This document shows positions 27,045 to 36,189 of a DNA stretch of 64,000 nt, in pieces. Location of the stretch: IMG/VR virus record IMGVR_UViG_3300044295_000306, one strand, 5' to 3'. Source of the DNA: a virus (Duplodnaviria > Heunggongvirae > Uroviricota > Caudoviricetes). Below the pieces are notes generated by a model. That model saw only the letters and a program-made list of their open reading frames with translations, searched no databases and was not told the DNA's origin. A program made the position numbers and the translations under genes. Within the stretch, counting starts at the first letter, position 1; each line of letters opens with the position of its first letter.

Positions 27045-28111
27045 GCATTATTTTCCGTATTCAATGCTTCAACATATAACTCTTTCATCAATGCCTTAAG
27101 CTTAACATTATTTACATTCAATGATAATGAATCTATATGATTAGATAATATTGTTATAGTATCTTCTGTCTTACCTATTTCCTCTTCTTCCTCTTCACCA
27201 ACAACATCAACTAAATCCTCAACAATATTAATATTTGATGTGCCAGCTTTGTAAAAGGAATCAATAACAGTATCAAATAAAAATGGATTCTGTTTATTAA
27301 CTACTATAATCTTTACCATACTATCTTTAAATGCTTCGATATTCTGATTTTGCCAATACTCATGGTTCTGGACAGTATCATCATAAGTTACCTTATGAAA
27401 CATTTTATATGGATTTGGAATGAATTCAAGTTGTCTCGTTTCAGTGTCAAAAACATGAAACCCTCTTTGATCATTATAATCATTCCATGTCATTTCATAT
27501 TGATTACCCAAATAAAAGATGGTACCATCAGTCGATCTATGATGAAAATGACCTGATAATACCATATCATATCGTTCAAATAGATTTCTTGATAAACCTT
27601 CATGGGAAACATTACCACGATCCATTTCAAATCCAGTTATATCAAAATGACCAAATACTATCTCAACAGGAGCATTATGCAACAAATCCATACTCTTGTC
27701 AAGATTATCTTCACATATCCATGGCATTAAAAGAATAGGCAATTCATCAAACTCAACCACAATAGGATCTTCATAGATATGAAGTTCATTATACATACCA
27801 CACAAATTCTTTATAGCATTAACTTTATTAGTATTCTTGAAATAGGTATCATGATTTCCAATTAGAATGTGAGTGTCAATATTATTCGATATTAGTCTTT
27901 TGATAAATCGATTCTGGAAATCATTAGCTATATTATGATTAATGAATTTTCGACGGTCAACAACATCGCCTAGATGAATTACCGTTTTAATATCATGTTT
28001 TTCAAGATATGGAAAGAATATGTTTTCCCAAAACTTGAAAAAGAATTCATTAAAGTTAAGATTATCTCCACGCGCACCAAAATGGGTGTCGTTTATGATT
28101 GCAAGCTTCAT
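27041..28111 (-). CDS. 47: Recombination nuclease subunit gp47
   Basis: DTHFG, GDVVD, GNHD, GHF, SGHFH. Confidence 0.95.
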   Translation of the reverse strand: MKLAIINDTHFGARGDNLNFNEFFFKFWENIFFPYLEKHDIKTVIHLGDVVDRRKFINHNIANDFQNRFIKRLISNNIDTHILIGNHDTYFKNTNKVNAIKNLCGMYNELHIYEDPIVVEFDELPILLMPWICEDNLDKSMDLLHNAPVEIVFGHFDITGFEMDRGNVSHEGLSRNLFERYDMVLSGHFHHRSTDGTIFYLGNQYEMTWNDYNDQRGFHVFDTETRQLEFIPNPYKMFHKVTYDDTVQNHEYWQNQNIEAFKDSMVKIIVVNKQNPFLFDTVIDSFYKAGTSNINIVEDLVDVVGEEEEEEIGKTEDTITILSNHIDSLSLNVNNVKLKALMKELYVEALNTENNA

Positions 28112-28113
28112 AA

Positions 28114-28644
28114 TTACTCCACTAAAAACTTATCAATACCTTTTGCTTTTTGTTTCTTTTTCTTTTTGCTATCTTCAAAGGATTGAATAAACTTTAGTAT
28201 ATTATCATGAAGCTCGAATTGATTCAAGAGCTTTCCATCTTCAAGTTCCATCATTTCAGCTTCATCGAGAATACCGAATTGTTCAGTAGCTTTATATTTT
28301 ACATATAATTGTTTTTTTTCTTTAGTGATTCTCCTCACAAATGCAAAATAAATTATCTGTGTAAAATATGCAAATGGATTTTTAGATTTCTTTGGATCAA
28401 AATTATCAATATACTGAATACAATTCTCTACACCATCAGAAATCATTTCATCCCTGAAACTATATGATATAAAGTTGGGCTTTCGTGACAAATGTTCCGC
28501 TATTTTAAGAAAACATTCACCAATATAATTAGATATAATTGGCTTTGGCTGTTTCTCACGTTTAGCTTTATTCACAGCTTTCCTATATTCCACTAAAGCT
28601 TTTAAAAATTCTTCATTTGATACATAATGTTTTGTGTTATTCAT
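28114..28644 (-). CDS. 55: Late sigma factor gp55
   Basis: HYVSNEEF, PNFISYSFRDEMISDG, NPFAYFTQI. Confidence 0.96.
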   Translation of the reverse strand: MNNTKHYVSNEEFLKALVEYRKAVNKAKREKQPKPIISNYIGECFLKIAEHLSRKPNFISYSFRDEMISDGVENCIQYIDNFDPKKSKNPFAYFTQIIYFAFVRRITKEKKQLYVKYKATEQFGILDEAEMMELEDGKLLNQFELHDNILKFIQSFEDSKKKKKQKAKGIDKFLVE

Positions 28645-28660
28645 ATTTTCTCTTTCTCAC

Positions 28661-28689
28661 TTGACAACATCAACTACCTACGGTAAAAT
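28661..28689 (+). promoter_or_regulatory. Antisense sigma70-like promoter TTGACA-17-TAAAAT
   Basis: Plus-strand near-consensus boxes in the 58-bp gap upstream of gp55. Confidence 0.6.
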
Positions 28690-28702
28690 GCTTGTGTAGC
28701 AG

Positions 28703-29107
28703 TTAATGTAATAATTTCTTATCTACTTCAGGCATAACAAACTCATCTTCTGAATCTTCTTGAAGAGATTCTGATAGTTTAGTAAGTTCATCACGAAACA
28801 TTTCATCTTTTAATAGGAAAGCATTCTGCTCTTCCAACAAAAGATTTTCATAATACTCAATAAACTCTGCCTTAGGAGTCATGATAGTTAATATATCATT
28901 TGAGTATATTTCCGTTTCATTGTTTTCTAATAATTCAATAGGCAACCAAGGCGCTAACATTAAAATCGATTTGCCATTTGGCAATCTACGAAAAACGATT
29001 CTCATAGGATCACGAACAATAGCTGAATCGTTGTTCTTTGTGCCTTCCATAGATGCTACAATATCTTCGCCAGTAATCATTCTTATTATTCTTATCTCTT
29101 TATCCAT
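28703..29107 (-). CDS. Hypothetical Sm-like protein between uvsW and 55
   Basis: IRIIRMITGEDIVA...PW; conserved synteny. Confidence 0.7.
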   Translation of the reverse strand: MDKEIRIIRMITGEDIVASMEGTKNNDSAIVRDPMRIVFRRLPNGKSILMLAPWLPIELLENNETEIYSNDILTIMTPKAEFIEYYENLLLEEQNAFLLKDEMFRDELTKLSESLQEDSEDEFVMPEVDKKLLH

Positions 29108-30566
29108 TTTTCAACTCTATATTGTAAATTTTGTATTTGAATTTCTCTTCTTCATATATCTTTACGCGCTCAATAAAGTGATTTAATGTAAAATTGGTAA
29201 ACTTACCAACCCTAAAATCATCAACAATATCAAACAATACAGCACTTTCTTTCTCATTACCTTTTCTCAATCCTCTACCAATCGATTGAAGATTTCTTAT
29301 CCGAGACTTTGAAGGCGATGAAAATATAATATTATGAAGATTTACTATATTAATTCCTGTAGAAAAAGTTCCATATGATGCTATAATTATAGCGTTATTC
29401 TCTTTCTCAGTTATTGCACGAACTTGTTCTCTTTCATCAGTTTCAACAGATCCATGAATAAAGAATACTTTCCTTTCTTTACTCACCTCACTAATCATAT
29501 TATACAATATTTGTCCATGCTTTTCAACAAATTGATACAATATCAAAGAGTTACCATTCAAGGAAACAGCCAGATTCTTAATGAATTCATTTCTAGCTGT
29601 ATTACTAACTATATAGTCTAATTCTGATTGATAATCCATCTGTCTAACTAACTTACAACTAACTTCAGGATATTTCAATACCAAACATTTTATCATTAAC
29701 TCAGCAAGAATCTTCTGTTCCATCAATTGTTTTGTGTCAACAGTTTTCTTTGACATACCAAACAAACCTTCTAATACAAGCTTATGTGTCTTAGTACCAT
29801 CCAATGTACCTGTACATCCTATCCTATAATCGGCATGAATAAGACTAGACATTATAGTAGTCAATGATTTAGCTTTAAATAAATGCGCCTCATCTCCTAG
29901 CACAAAATCAAATTGCTCAAAATATTCTTGTGGTAATGTATAAATCGATTGCCATGTAGTAATAGTCAAAAACTTATCTGTTACTTTGTCTTTACCTTGA
30001 TATTGTTTGTGACAGTATTTTTCTACATCCCAACCATATGATTTGAAATCTGAATACATCTGTTCAACAAGTGATGTAGTTGGTACAATCAAAATACCCT
30101 TCTTATGATTTAATTTGATAAATCTGGTAATCATATAAAGTAAAAGAGATTTGCCTGATGCTGTCGGAGAAACGATTAATATACGTTTCATTCTTATAGC
30201 ATCTACAAATCCCTTGATTTGATAATCTCTAGGTTCAACAGGTAGATTTAATAATTTAACAAACTCATTGGCTTCATTAACAGAAAAGTTTTTGGTTATT
30301 GTTATTTCTGGATCAATATTGATCGAATAATTTCTTTCAGTCGCAAAGATTTTTATATAATCTATTAATCCATGATATATGTTATTTGTCTGTAAATTAA
30401 ATAATCTTATGTAACCATCCCACAATTTATTCTTAAAAGCTGGCACAAATTGATAACCTGGTACTCTGAAAGAAAAATACTCAGATAATTCTTTTGCAAC
30501 ACTTCTATCACAAGTTACATGAACAAATACTTCATTTATTTTTGATATTGTTAAATCATATTCCAT
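29100..30566 (-). CDS. uvsW: UvsW SF2 helicase
   Basis: SPTASGKS, GDEAH, TGT, STGINI, QSIGRGLR. Confidence 0.96.
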   Translation of the reverse strand: MEYDLTISKINEVFVHVTCDRSVAKELSEYFSFRVPGYQFVPAFKNKLWDGYIRLFNLQTNNIYHGLIDYIKIFATERNYSINIDPEITITKNFSVNEANEFVKLLNLPVEPRDYQIKGFVDAIRMKRILIVSPTASGKSLLLYMITRFIKLNHKKGILIVPTTSLVEQMYSDFKSYGWDVEKYCHKQYQGKDKVTDKFLTITTWQSIYTLPQEYFEQFDFVLGDEAHLFKAKSLTTIMSSLIHADYRIGCTGTLDGTKTHKLVLEGLFGMSKKTVDTKQLMEQKILAELMIKCLVLKYPEVSCKLVRQMDYQSELDYIVSNTARNEFIKNLAVSLNGNSLILYQFVEKHGQILYNMISEVSKERKVFFIHGSVETDEREQVRAITEKENNAIIIASYGTFSTGINIVNLHNIIFSSPSKSRIRNLQSIGRGLRKGNEKESAVLFDIVDDFRVGKFTNFTLNHFIERVKIYEEEKFKYKIYNIELKNG

Positions 30567-30990
30567 TTATAAATTTTTCATAATCAATGAAGGAACGTAA
30601 TTGATATGTTCGTGAATTCAACTCTTTAATAATACTAGAACATAATTCAACCGCTTCTTCGTGTAGTTGTTTCTTTGCATACAGTTTAATCAATTCATCA
30701 TCACTTTCGAGATATGTCGTTATTTCAGACTTTAAAGTATATGGAAATGGTTGCCATCCATAAGTATTTAAAGTATCTTTGTCCATTTTACCCGTATAAT
30801 ATTCCCACTTAAGTTTCTTGAGTTTATTCAAATTAAACTCACAATTCTTCATAGCTAATCTATGATTAGATAATATCTTTAAATACTTCGCATGAAGAAT
30901 AGGAATATTGATTAATTCTCTTCCGGGTTCTGTTCTGTCTATGACAGAATCTTTTTGCCAAAGTTCGATAATCTCATCAACACTATACAT
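30556..30990 (-). CDS. uvsY: UvsY recombination mediator
   Basis: WQKDSVID, LHAKY, WEYYTGK; synteny. Confidence 0.88.
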   Translation of the reverse strand: MYSVDEIIELWQKDSVIDRTEPGRELINIPILHAKYLKILSNHRLAMKNCEFNLNKLKKLKWEYYTGKMDKDTLNTYGWQPFPYTLKSEITTYLESDDELIKLYAKKQLHEEAVELCSSIIKELNSRTYQLRSFIDYEKFINGI

Positions 30991-31013
30991 AATAAAACTC
31001 CAATAATTACCTA

Positions 31014-31042
31014 ATTATAGCATACTCAAAACAACTTTTCAA
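31014..31042 (-). promoter_or_regulatory. sigma70 promoter TTGAAA-17-TATAAT with extended -10 (TGc)
   Basis: Upstream of uvsY, overlapping the gene 3 stop. Confidence 0.75.
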
Positions 31043-31556
31043 TCTGGTAATAAGAAAATCTGAAGGTAGCATCTGCTGTTATTATTGTTGTTGGATCTTC
31101 TGTTGTATTCAATACAATTGAAGAGAGAGATGTTGGAAAACAGTCAACAAACTTGATTCTGTAAGTTGGTTGTTGCGAAGAATCTAATACCGTTAAAGAA
31201 GCATCAGAATATTGAGGAAAATCTTGATTAGTTACTGGAGATAATTGTTTTAATTGCTGATATTGTTCAAACTTCTCGGGGAATGTTAATGCTCTGATCC
31301 AATCATGAATCTCAAACCAACCCATTAATACTTCGTCAACAATAAAAGTAATACTTAAAAGATCATATATTACCTTTTCGCCAGGCACATAAAGATCAAC
31401 AAATGGTGTATTTCTTGGTATTTCTGATAAAGAAACGCCTGGTATGTTGACTGATTGACAAAAGAATTGAATTGATGGAGAACGAGCAAATCCTAGTTTA
31501 AACTTATTTGGTTGTAATGGATTAGGATTTCTTGGATTTCTATCTAATGCACTCAT
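31026..31556 (-). CDS. 3: Tail completion / sheath stabiliser gp3
   Basis: FFCQSVNIPG, F-x-DCFPTSLS, ATFRF; synteny after 23. Confidence 0.85.
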   Translation of the reverse strand: MSALDRNPRNPNPLQPNKFKLGFARSPSIQFFCQSVNIPGVSLSEIPRNTPFVDLYVPGEKVIYDLLSITFIVDEVLMGWFEIHDWIRALTFPEKFEQYQQLKQLSPVTNQDFPQYSDASLTVLDSSQQPTYRIKFVDCFPTSLSSIVLNTTEDPTTIITADATFRFSYYQIEKLF

Positions 31557-31574
31557 AGTAATTCCTCTTTCTAC

Positions 31575-31582
31575 TATTTATG
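31575..31582 (-). promoter_or_regulatory. Late promoter variant CATAAATA for gene 3
   Basis: ATAAATA core flanked by the inverted repeat TCTAC/GTAGA. Confidence 0.6.
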
Positions 31583-31587
31583 TAGAT

Positions 31588-31616
31588 AAAAAAAGGGGAC
31601 TTTTCAGTCCCCTTTT
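31588..31616 (-). terminator. Rho-independent terminator after gene 23
   Basis: AAAAGGGGAC-n6-GTCCCCTTTT with T-run on minus. Confidence 0.85.
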
Positions 31617-31651
31617 GAATATAATATTATTGTTATTATATTTTTTACAAC

Positions 31652-33007
31652 TTACATTATGTTTGCAACTTTCATTGCGCGGTAGTACACATTGCTCATT
31701 GCTGTTAGGGCACCAACACCTTGTGTTAGACCTTGAGCAAATGGGTTTGCGACTAGACCGTAACGAGTCTTGAAACCAATCTTAGGTTGGAATGATCCGG
31801 TATCAACTGCACGAACCATTTGGAGAGGAACGTATGGGCAGTAGAAAATACCTGCGTCATATGCGTTGCTTCCCTTATAACCAACAACGGCAAACTCTGA
31901 GGTTGTGCCTTGTGGGAAATATGGATCGATATAAACTTTGATACGACCGAACATTGTACCTGCAAAGGTATTACCAGTATCGTCAACTGTTAGGTTAACT
32001 TGACCTTGTAGGGCTGAATTGTAGTCAAGAATTCCAGCCATTGCGAAAGCTGATGCAACGTCTGAAGAACAGATTACAATATTACCCTTACCACGACGGG
32101 TATCTTTTGCAATGTAGTTAGCTTCACGTTCGATTTGGAATGCAAGACCTTTGATCTTTTCAACCATCCAACGACCGTTTGAGTCTGTATCTAGGTCAAA
32201 AGTACCTTGTGTTGTAGTACCAACTTGAGCACCAACCTTAGAAACTGCGTAGATTGTACGAACAACTTCACGGTTAATTTCAGCAAGAATTTCAGCGGAA
32301 AGAATATTGCTTAGTTCTGTTTCTGCGTCAAGACCATGAACTGCTTTAAGGTCTTGTGCAAGTTCCATTGTGTATTCTGCTTTTAGAGCGCGTGTCTTAG
32401 CAGTAACGGTAACTTTTTCAATGCTGAATGCCATTTCATTGAATGTACCACCAGCAGGTGATGAAGTTGTACCAAGAGCTTCACCAGCGGCGGTTGTTAG
32501 ACCTAGACCAGTTGTAACTGTTGATGCAAATACGTTTTGTGATCCAAGTGCTGTATTAGCAGCAAGTGAAAGGGCAGTTTGAGCACCTGTACCAGAGAAT
32601 GCGCTATTAACTTCATTGTAGAAGGTTTCTGCTGCACCTGCTGTTACGTTTGCTGTTGAGTATGTGCTACGCATTGCAAAGATAAGACCTGTAGGTCCAG
32701 TCATAGGCTGAACACCGCAGATATCATAAGCAATAAGGTTAGGCAATGAACGACGAACAAGGCTGATAAGAATTGGATCGAAACCAGCCATAGGACCTGC
32801 TGCTGCTGCGCCACCAGTTAGACCACCACCAGTTGCGTTAGCAGGTGAAGCTTCCATAAGAATCTTGTTTTCTTCTTGGAATGCTCTTTGTTGGTTTTCA
32901 AGAACCATAGCTGTAACTGCTTTACGGTATGGATCTTTAATTGGAGCTAGATCTGGATGATCAAGAACTGGACTCCATTTCTTTTGTAGTTCTTCTGTTA
33001 AGTACAT
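31652..33007 (-). CDS. 23: Major capsid protein gp23
   Basis: QPMTGPTGLIFAMR, RALKAEYTMELAQDLKAVHGLDAE, YCPYVPLQM, KTRYG. Confidence 0.99.
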   Translation of the reverse strand: MYLTEELQKKWSPVLDHPDLAPIKDPYRKAVTAMVLENQQRAFQEENKILMEASPANATGGGLTGGAAAAGPMAGFDPILISLVRRSLPNLIAYDICGVQPMTGPTGLIFAMRSTYSTANVTAGAAETFYNEVNSAFSGTGAQTALSLAANTALGSQNVFASTVTTGLGLTTAAGEALGTTSSPAGGTFNEMAFSIEKVTVTAKTRALKAEYTMELAQDLKAVHGLDAETELSNILSAEILAEINREVVRTIYAVSKVGAQVGTTTQGTFDLDTDSNGRWMVEKIKGLAFQIEREANYIAKDTRRGKGNIVICSSDVASAFAMAGILDYNSALQGQVNLTVDDTGNTFAGTMFGRIKVYIDPYFPQGTTSEFAVVGYKGSNAYDAGIFYCPYVPLQMVRAVDTGSFQPKIGFKTRYGLVANPFAQGLTQGVGALTAMSNVYYRAMKVANIM

Positions 33008-33024
33008 TTTTAAGTTCTCCTAAA

Positions 33025-34041
33025 TTAACGAGGTATTGTTTTTCTGATTGTGTCGGCATAAGCTTTCATTACTGGATCAGCAATTACTTGTTTGCCTTCA
33101 TCTTCGACTTGTTCATTCAATGAAGCTTCTGTTGCTTTCTTGATACCGGATGGGAAATAATTCTCACGAATTGTTTCAAGATTTTCCTTATATTCTTCCT
33201 CTGTGGAGAACTCAACACTTTCTGCAAGTGATCTGATTTTTTCTGCTTGAACATCGGTAAGTCCATCACATACAGTATAAAGCACTTCTGCTTTCTTTGA
33301 TTCAACAAGTTGTTTCTTGTATTCCATTCCACGTTGAATTTCTTCGTCCAACTTGGCTTCTAGAGATTCAACTTGTGTTGCTAGTTCATCAACTAGATCA
33401 ACTTTTTCTTCTGGAACATCAATATAATGTTCAGCAAATAGATTGCGTAGTCCACCAATGAAATCTTCTACTAATTCAGAACGAAGTCCTGATTCGATAG
33501 CTACCTGGTTTTCTTCCATCCATTGCTCAACAACATAGTCTAGATAATCATTAACTTTATCGGTTAAATCATTATTGATAGATTCGATTGCTTCTTGAAG
33601 TTGAGTTGCATATGAATTTTCCAATTCTTCTTTAAGTGAATTAAATTTATCTGCTACTCTTGCTTCGAAAATAACTGAAACTTTTTGTTTAAATTCTTCG
33701 GAAAGATTCTCTTCACTATTGAAAATATCATTGATATCTTCAGAAATAGTTTCTTCCTCATTTGTTTCTTCTTCTTCTCTTACAGGCTTATTAGCTGTAT
33801 TCATCTTCAACTGTGTATCAGATGATGCACCAGATGGTTTTGTTTCTGGAGCTTGTGCTTGTTTCTTGATGCCTTTTGATGCATCAATTTTAGATGAGTC
33901 ATCGGTTGGTTTCCAATTTTGTGGTGTTGGTCCGCCGAGATCATCAACTTCTGCCTTAACTTTCTCTAAAGGCATCGCAGGCGCATTACGCTTGCTTTGT
34001 GCAAGCATGTCTGCTGCTGCTTCTAAGAGTGTTTTTGCCAT
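33025..34041 (-). CDS. 22: Prohead scaffold gp22
   Basis: FKQKVSVIFEA, YLDYVVEQWMEEN; acidic coiled coil. Confidence 0.92.
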   Translation of the reverse strand: MAKTLLEAAADMLAQSKRNAPAMPLEKVKAEVDDLGGPTPQNWKPTDDSSKIDASKGIKKQAQAPETKPSGASSDTQLKMNTANKPVREEEETNEEETISEDINDIFNSEENLSEEFKQKVSVIFEARVADKFNSLKEELENSYATQLQEAIESINNDLTDKVNDYLDYVVEQWMEENQVAIESGLRSELVEDFIGGLRNLFAEHYIDVPEEKVDLVDELATQVESLEAKLDEEIQRGMEYKKQLVESKKAEVLYTVCDGLTDVQAEKIRSLAESVEFSTEEEYKENLETIRENYFPSGIKKATEASLNEQVEDEGKQVIADPVMKAYADTIRKTIPR

Positions 34042-34063
34042 TGAAAATCTCCTTATGATTTCT

Positions 34064-34071
34064 TATTTATA
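34064..34071 (-). promoter_or_regulatory. Late promoter TATAAATA (gene 22)
   Basis: Exact match. Confidence 0.8.
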
Positions 34072-34074
34072 AAA

Positions 34075-34728
34075 TTAAAGTTTTCGCAAGAAATTTTCAA
34101 AAAGTTCTACCGCTACTTTCTCAATTTCTTTACGACTTGTTTTCATTAATGTGTTTTTAGCATTATCAATGTCGACCTCTACGAACCGACCTTCTACAAA
34201 AATCCATTCCTTACCTTCCCTAATACCTTGTACAAAAGCATCAGGAGCAGATGGATCCGCTACAATGTCTGCCGCTGTCGCTAAACGATAATCGTTTTGA
34301 ACAACATTGCATCCATCTCTGCCAGGCAACAAACTGCCCATCCCTCTTGATGAAACACCCAATTGTGCACCTTCATCAATAAGATTCTTTACAATATTAC
34401 CATATGGCGTATCCATAATCTTAGCTTTACCATAAAAATCATGTCCATCACATGATAATTCCTTAATAAGATGTGATACCCTCTCCAAATTAATAGTAGG
34501 AGTATCTGGATGTCCTAACTCACCATACGCTCTGTTCTTTGATACATATTCATCATTATATCTCTGTACCTCACGATTCAATGTCTCAAATAAATACTTT
34601 CTGTTGTTCTTATTTGGTCTCTCAGACTGCATAAAAACACCCTCAATAAAGTATCCCTTCTTACCAGTCTTTTCATCAGCCTCTGTAAGATACTTTACTT
34701 GTTCAACATATTCTTTTATAAGTTTCAT
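34075..34728 (-). CDS. 21: Prohead protease gp21
   Basis: GELGHP, GVSSRGMGS, DIVADPSAPDA. Confidence 0.97.
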   Translation of the reverse strand: MKLIKEYVEQVKYLTEADEKTGKKGYFIEGVFMQSERPNKNNRKYLFETLNREVQRYNDEYVSKNRAYGELGHPDTPTINLERVSHLIKELSCDGHDFYGKAKIMDTPYGNIVKNLIDEGAQLGVSSRGMGSLLPGRDGCNVVQNDYRLATAADIVADPSAPDAFVQGIREGKEWIFVEGRFVEVDIDNAKNTLMKTSRKEIEKVAVELFENFLRKL

Positions 34729-34739
34729 GTTTTTTCCTA

Positions 34740-35084
34740 TTATAATACTGGTGAATAACTTGCTACCTTAGAAGCTTGAATAATACATGATCCACCAGAA
34801 GCAATAGTAACAACAATATTACCTGTTGAATTATTTGCCATACTATAATTAATTTCAGAAAGTCTCATCTCACCACTGTTATAGAGAGTAACAAGATTTA
34901 CCGAATCTCTAGCAATAGTAATAGAACCATTTGTTGACCAGATAATTCTCTTTACAGACGCATTGGTTACAGTTTCTTGTGATGAATTGGCAGATAAATT
35001 TGCCAATGAAATAGTATAAGATCCAACACCATCTGTTCTAATGACAGATGGACCTTTTAATGTGTTTATTACTTCATATGACAT
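34740..35084 (-). CDS. Hypothetical head-region protein
   Basis: ORF between gp68-like and gp21. Confidence 0.65.
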   Translation of the reverse strand: MSYEVINTLKGPSVIRTDGVGSYTISLANLSANSSQETVTNASVKRIIWSTNGSITIARDSVNLVTLYNSGEMRLSEINYSMANNSTGNIVVTIASGGSCIIQASKVASYSPVL

Positions 35085-35085
35085 T

Positions 35086-35487
35086 TTATTTTATCCCCAT
35101 CGTTTTTCTGCGTAATATACTTCTTGCTCTCTTCCTTACAGTTGTTGCCATATGCGAACGACGCTTTCTTGCAGCAAGTTTCTGTTTCCTACTCATATGA
35201 ATTCTCTGTATAGCAGTTATCCTCTTTAATTTACCACCCTTTAAAGTGAATCCTCTAACAGAAGATTTTCTTATATTTCTTTGTACCTTACCTTTTCTTA
35301 TTCTTCTTCTAATTAACTTAGTTCTTCCAAACTGCACCACATTAGATTCTTTAAAAAATTGTTTTCCAATTATTCTTCTCCTGAAAGACAATTTTTTCGC
35401 TAACAAAGAATCTAATTGTTCATATATAAGCTTCTTTGCCTTATCTAAATCTCCACTAAAAATACTCTCGATAATCTCATTTGTCAT
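35086..35487 (-). CDS. 68: Prohead core protein, gp68-like (Arg/Lys-rich)
   Basis: Very basic; position in the 20-67-68-21 block. Confidence 0.55.
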   Translation of the reverse strand: MTNEIIESIFSGDLDKAKKLIYEQLDSLLAKKLSFRRRIIGKQFFKESNVVQFGRTKLIRRRIRKGKVQRNIRKSSVRGFTLKGGKLKRITAIQRIHMSRKQKLAARKRRSHMATTVRKRARSILRRKTMGIK

Positions 35488-36002
35488 TTTACATGCTTGA
35501 ATGCAAAGCTTCTAGCCATCTCAAAATGTGCCGGACTCTTATGTACCATATCACTATACTTTTTCTTATTCTCATCATTAAGAGCATTATGAACTTGAAC
35601 CATAGCCGATGCTGTAAATCCATCAACTTTTTGAGACTTTCCATTTGCAAACTTAACAGTCTGTGCTTGTCTATCTTTTACAATCTTATGTAAAGTATCC
35701 ATTACCGCCTCATTAACACTCTCATGAGCCTCTACGGGGGCATCTGCCACTGGCATTACACCTGAATGTGCTGTAAAAGGCACTGAAAAATATCTTTGAA
35801 GCTTGTCATTGTAATATAATGCAACTCTGGTATTATCCGGATATACACGAACAGCTTTTCTTCTTAAAATTAATACTGTAGGTGGATTAAACTCCGCACC
35901 ATGATGATCTTCCTCAAGATTGATTTCAATTACATCTTCAGGAATTTCTTCTTGAATTTCTTCAGTAATTAAATTTTGTTTAATTGAAGATAAAGATTTC
36001 AT
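35484..36002 (-). CDS. Hypothetical head-associated protein
   Basis: Acidic leader LITEE; PPTVLILRRKAVR. Confidence 0.65.
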   Translation of the reverse strand: MKSLSSIKQNLITEEIQEEIPEDVIEINLEEDHHGAEFNPPTVLILRRKAVRVYPDNTRVALYYNDKLQRYFSVPFTAHSGVMPVADAPVEAHESVNEAVMDTLHKIVKDRQAQTVKFANGKSQKVDGFTASAMVQVHNALNDENKKKYSDMVHKSPAHFEMARSFAFKHVK

Positions 36003-36178
36003 TCTTGTTCTTCTTGTTCTTGTTCTTGACTTACGCTCACATCACCACCAAAAAGTGATGCAGCAATTTCATGTTTCTTTGCATCCAATACATCAGAAAC
36101 TTTTTGTGATAACATATTCTGCAATTCAGCATAGGCTTCTGTGTTTTGTTCTTTACCAATTAATGTTACAAAATCCAT
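35999..36178 (-). CDS. 67: Prohead core protein gp67-like (59 aa)
   Basis: Hand-translated MDFVTLIGKEQNTEAYAELQNMLSQKVSDVLDAKKHEIAASLF...; directly after the portal. Confidence 0.65.
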   Translation of the reverse strand: MDFVTLIGKEQNTEAYAELQNMLSQKVSDVLDAKKHEIAASLFGGDVSVSQEQEQEEQE

Positions 36179-36189
36179 AATATTTTCCT

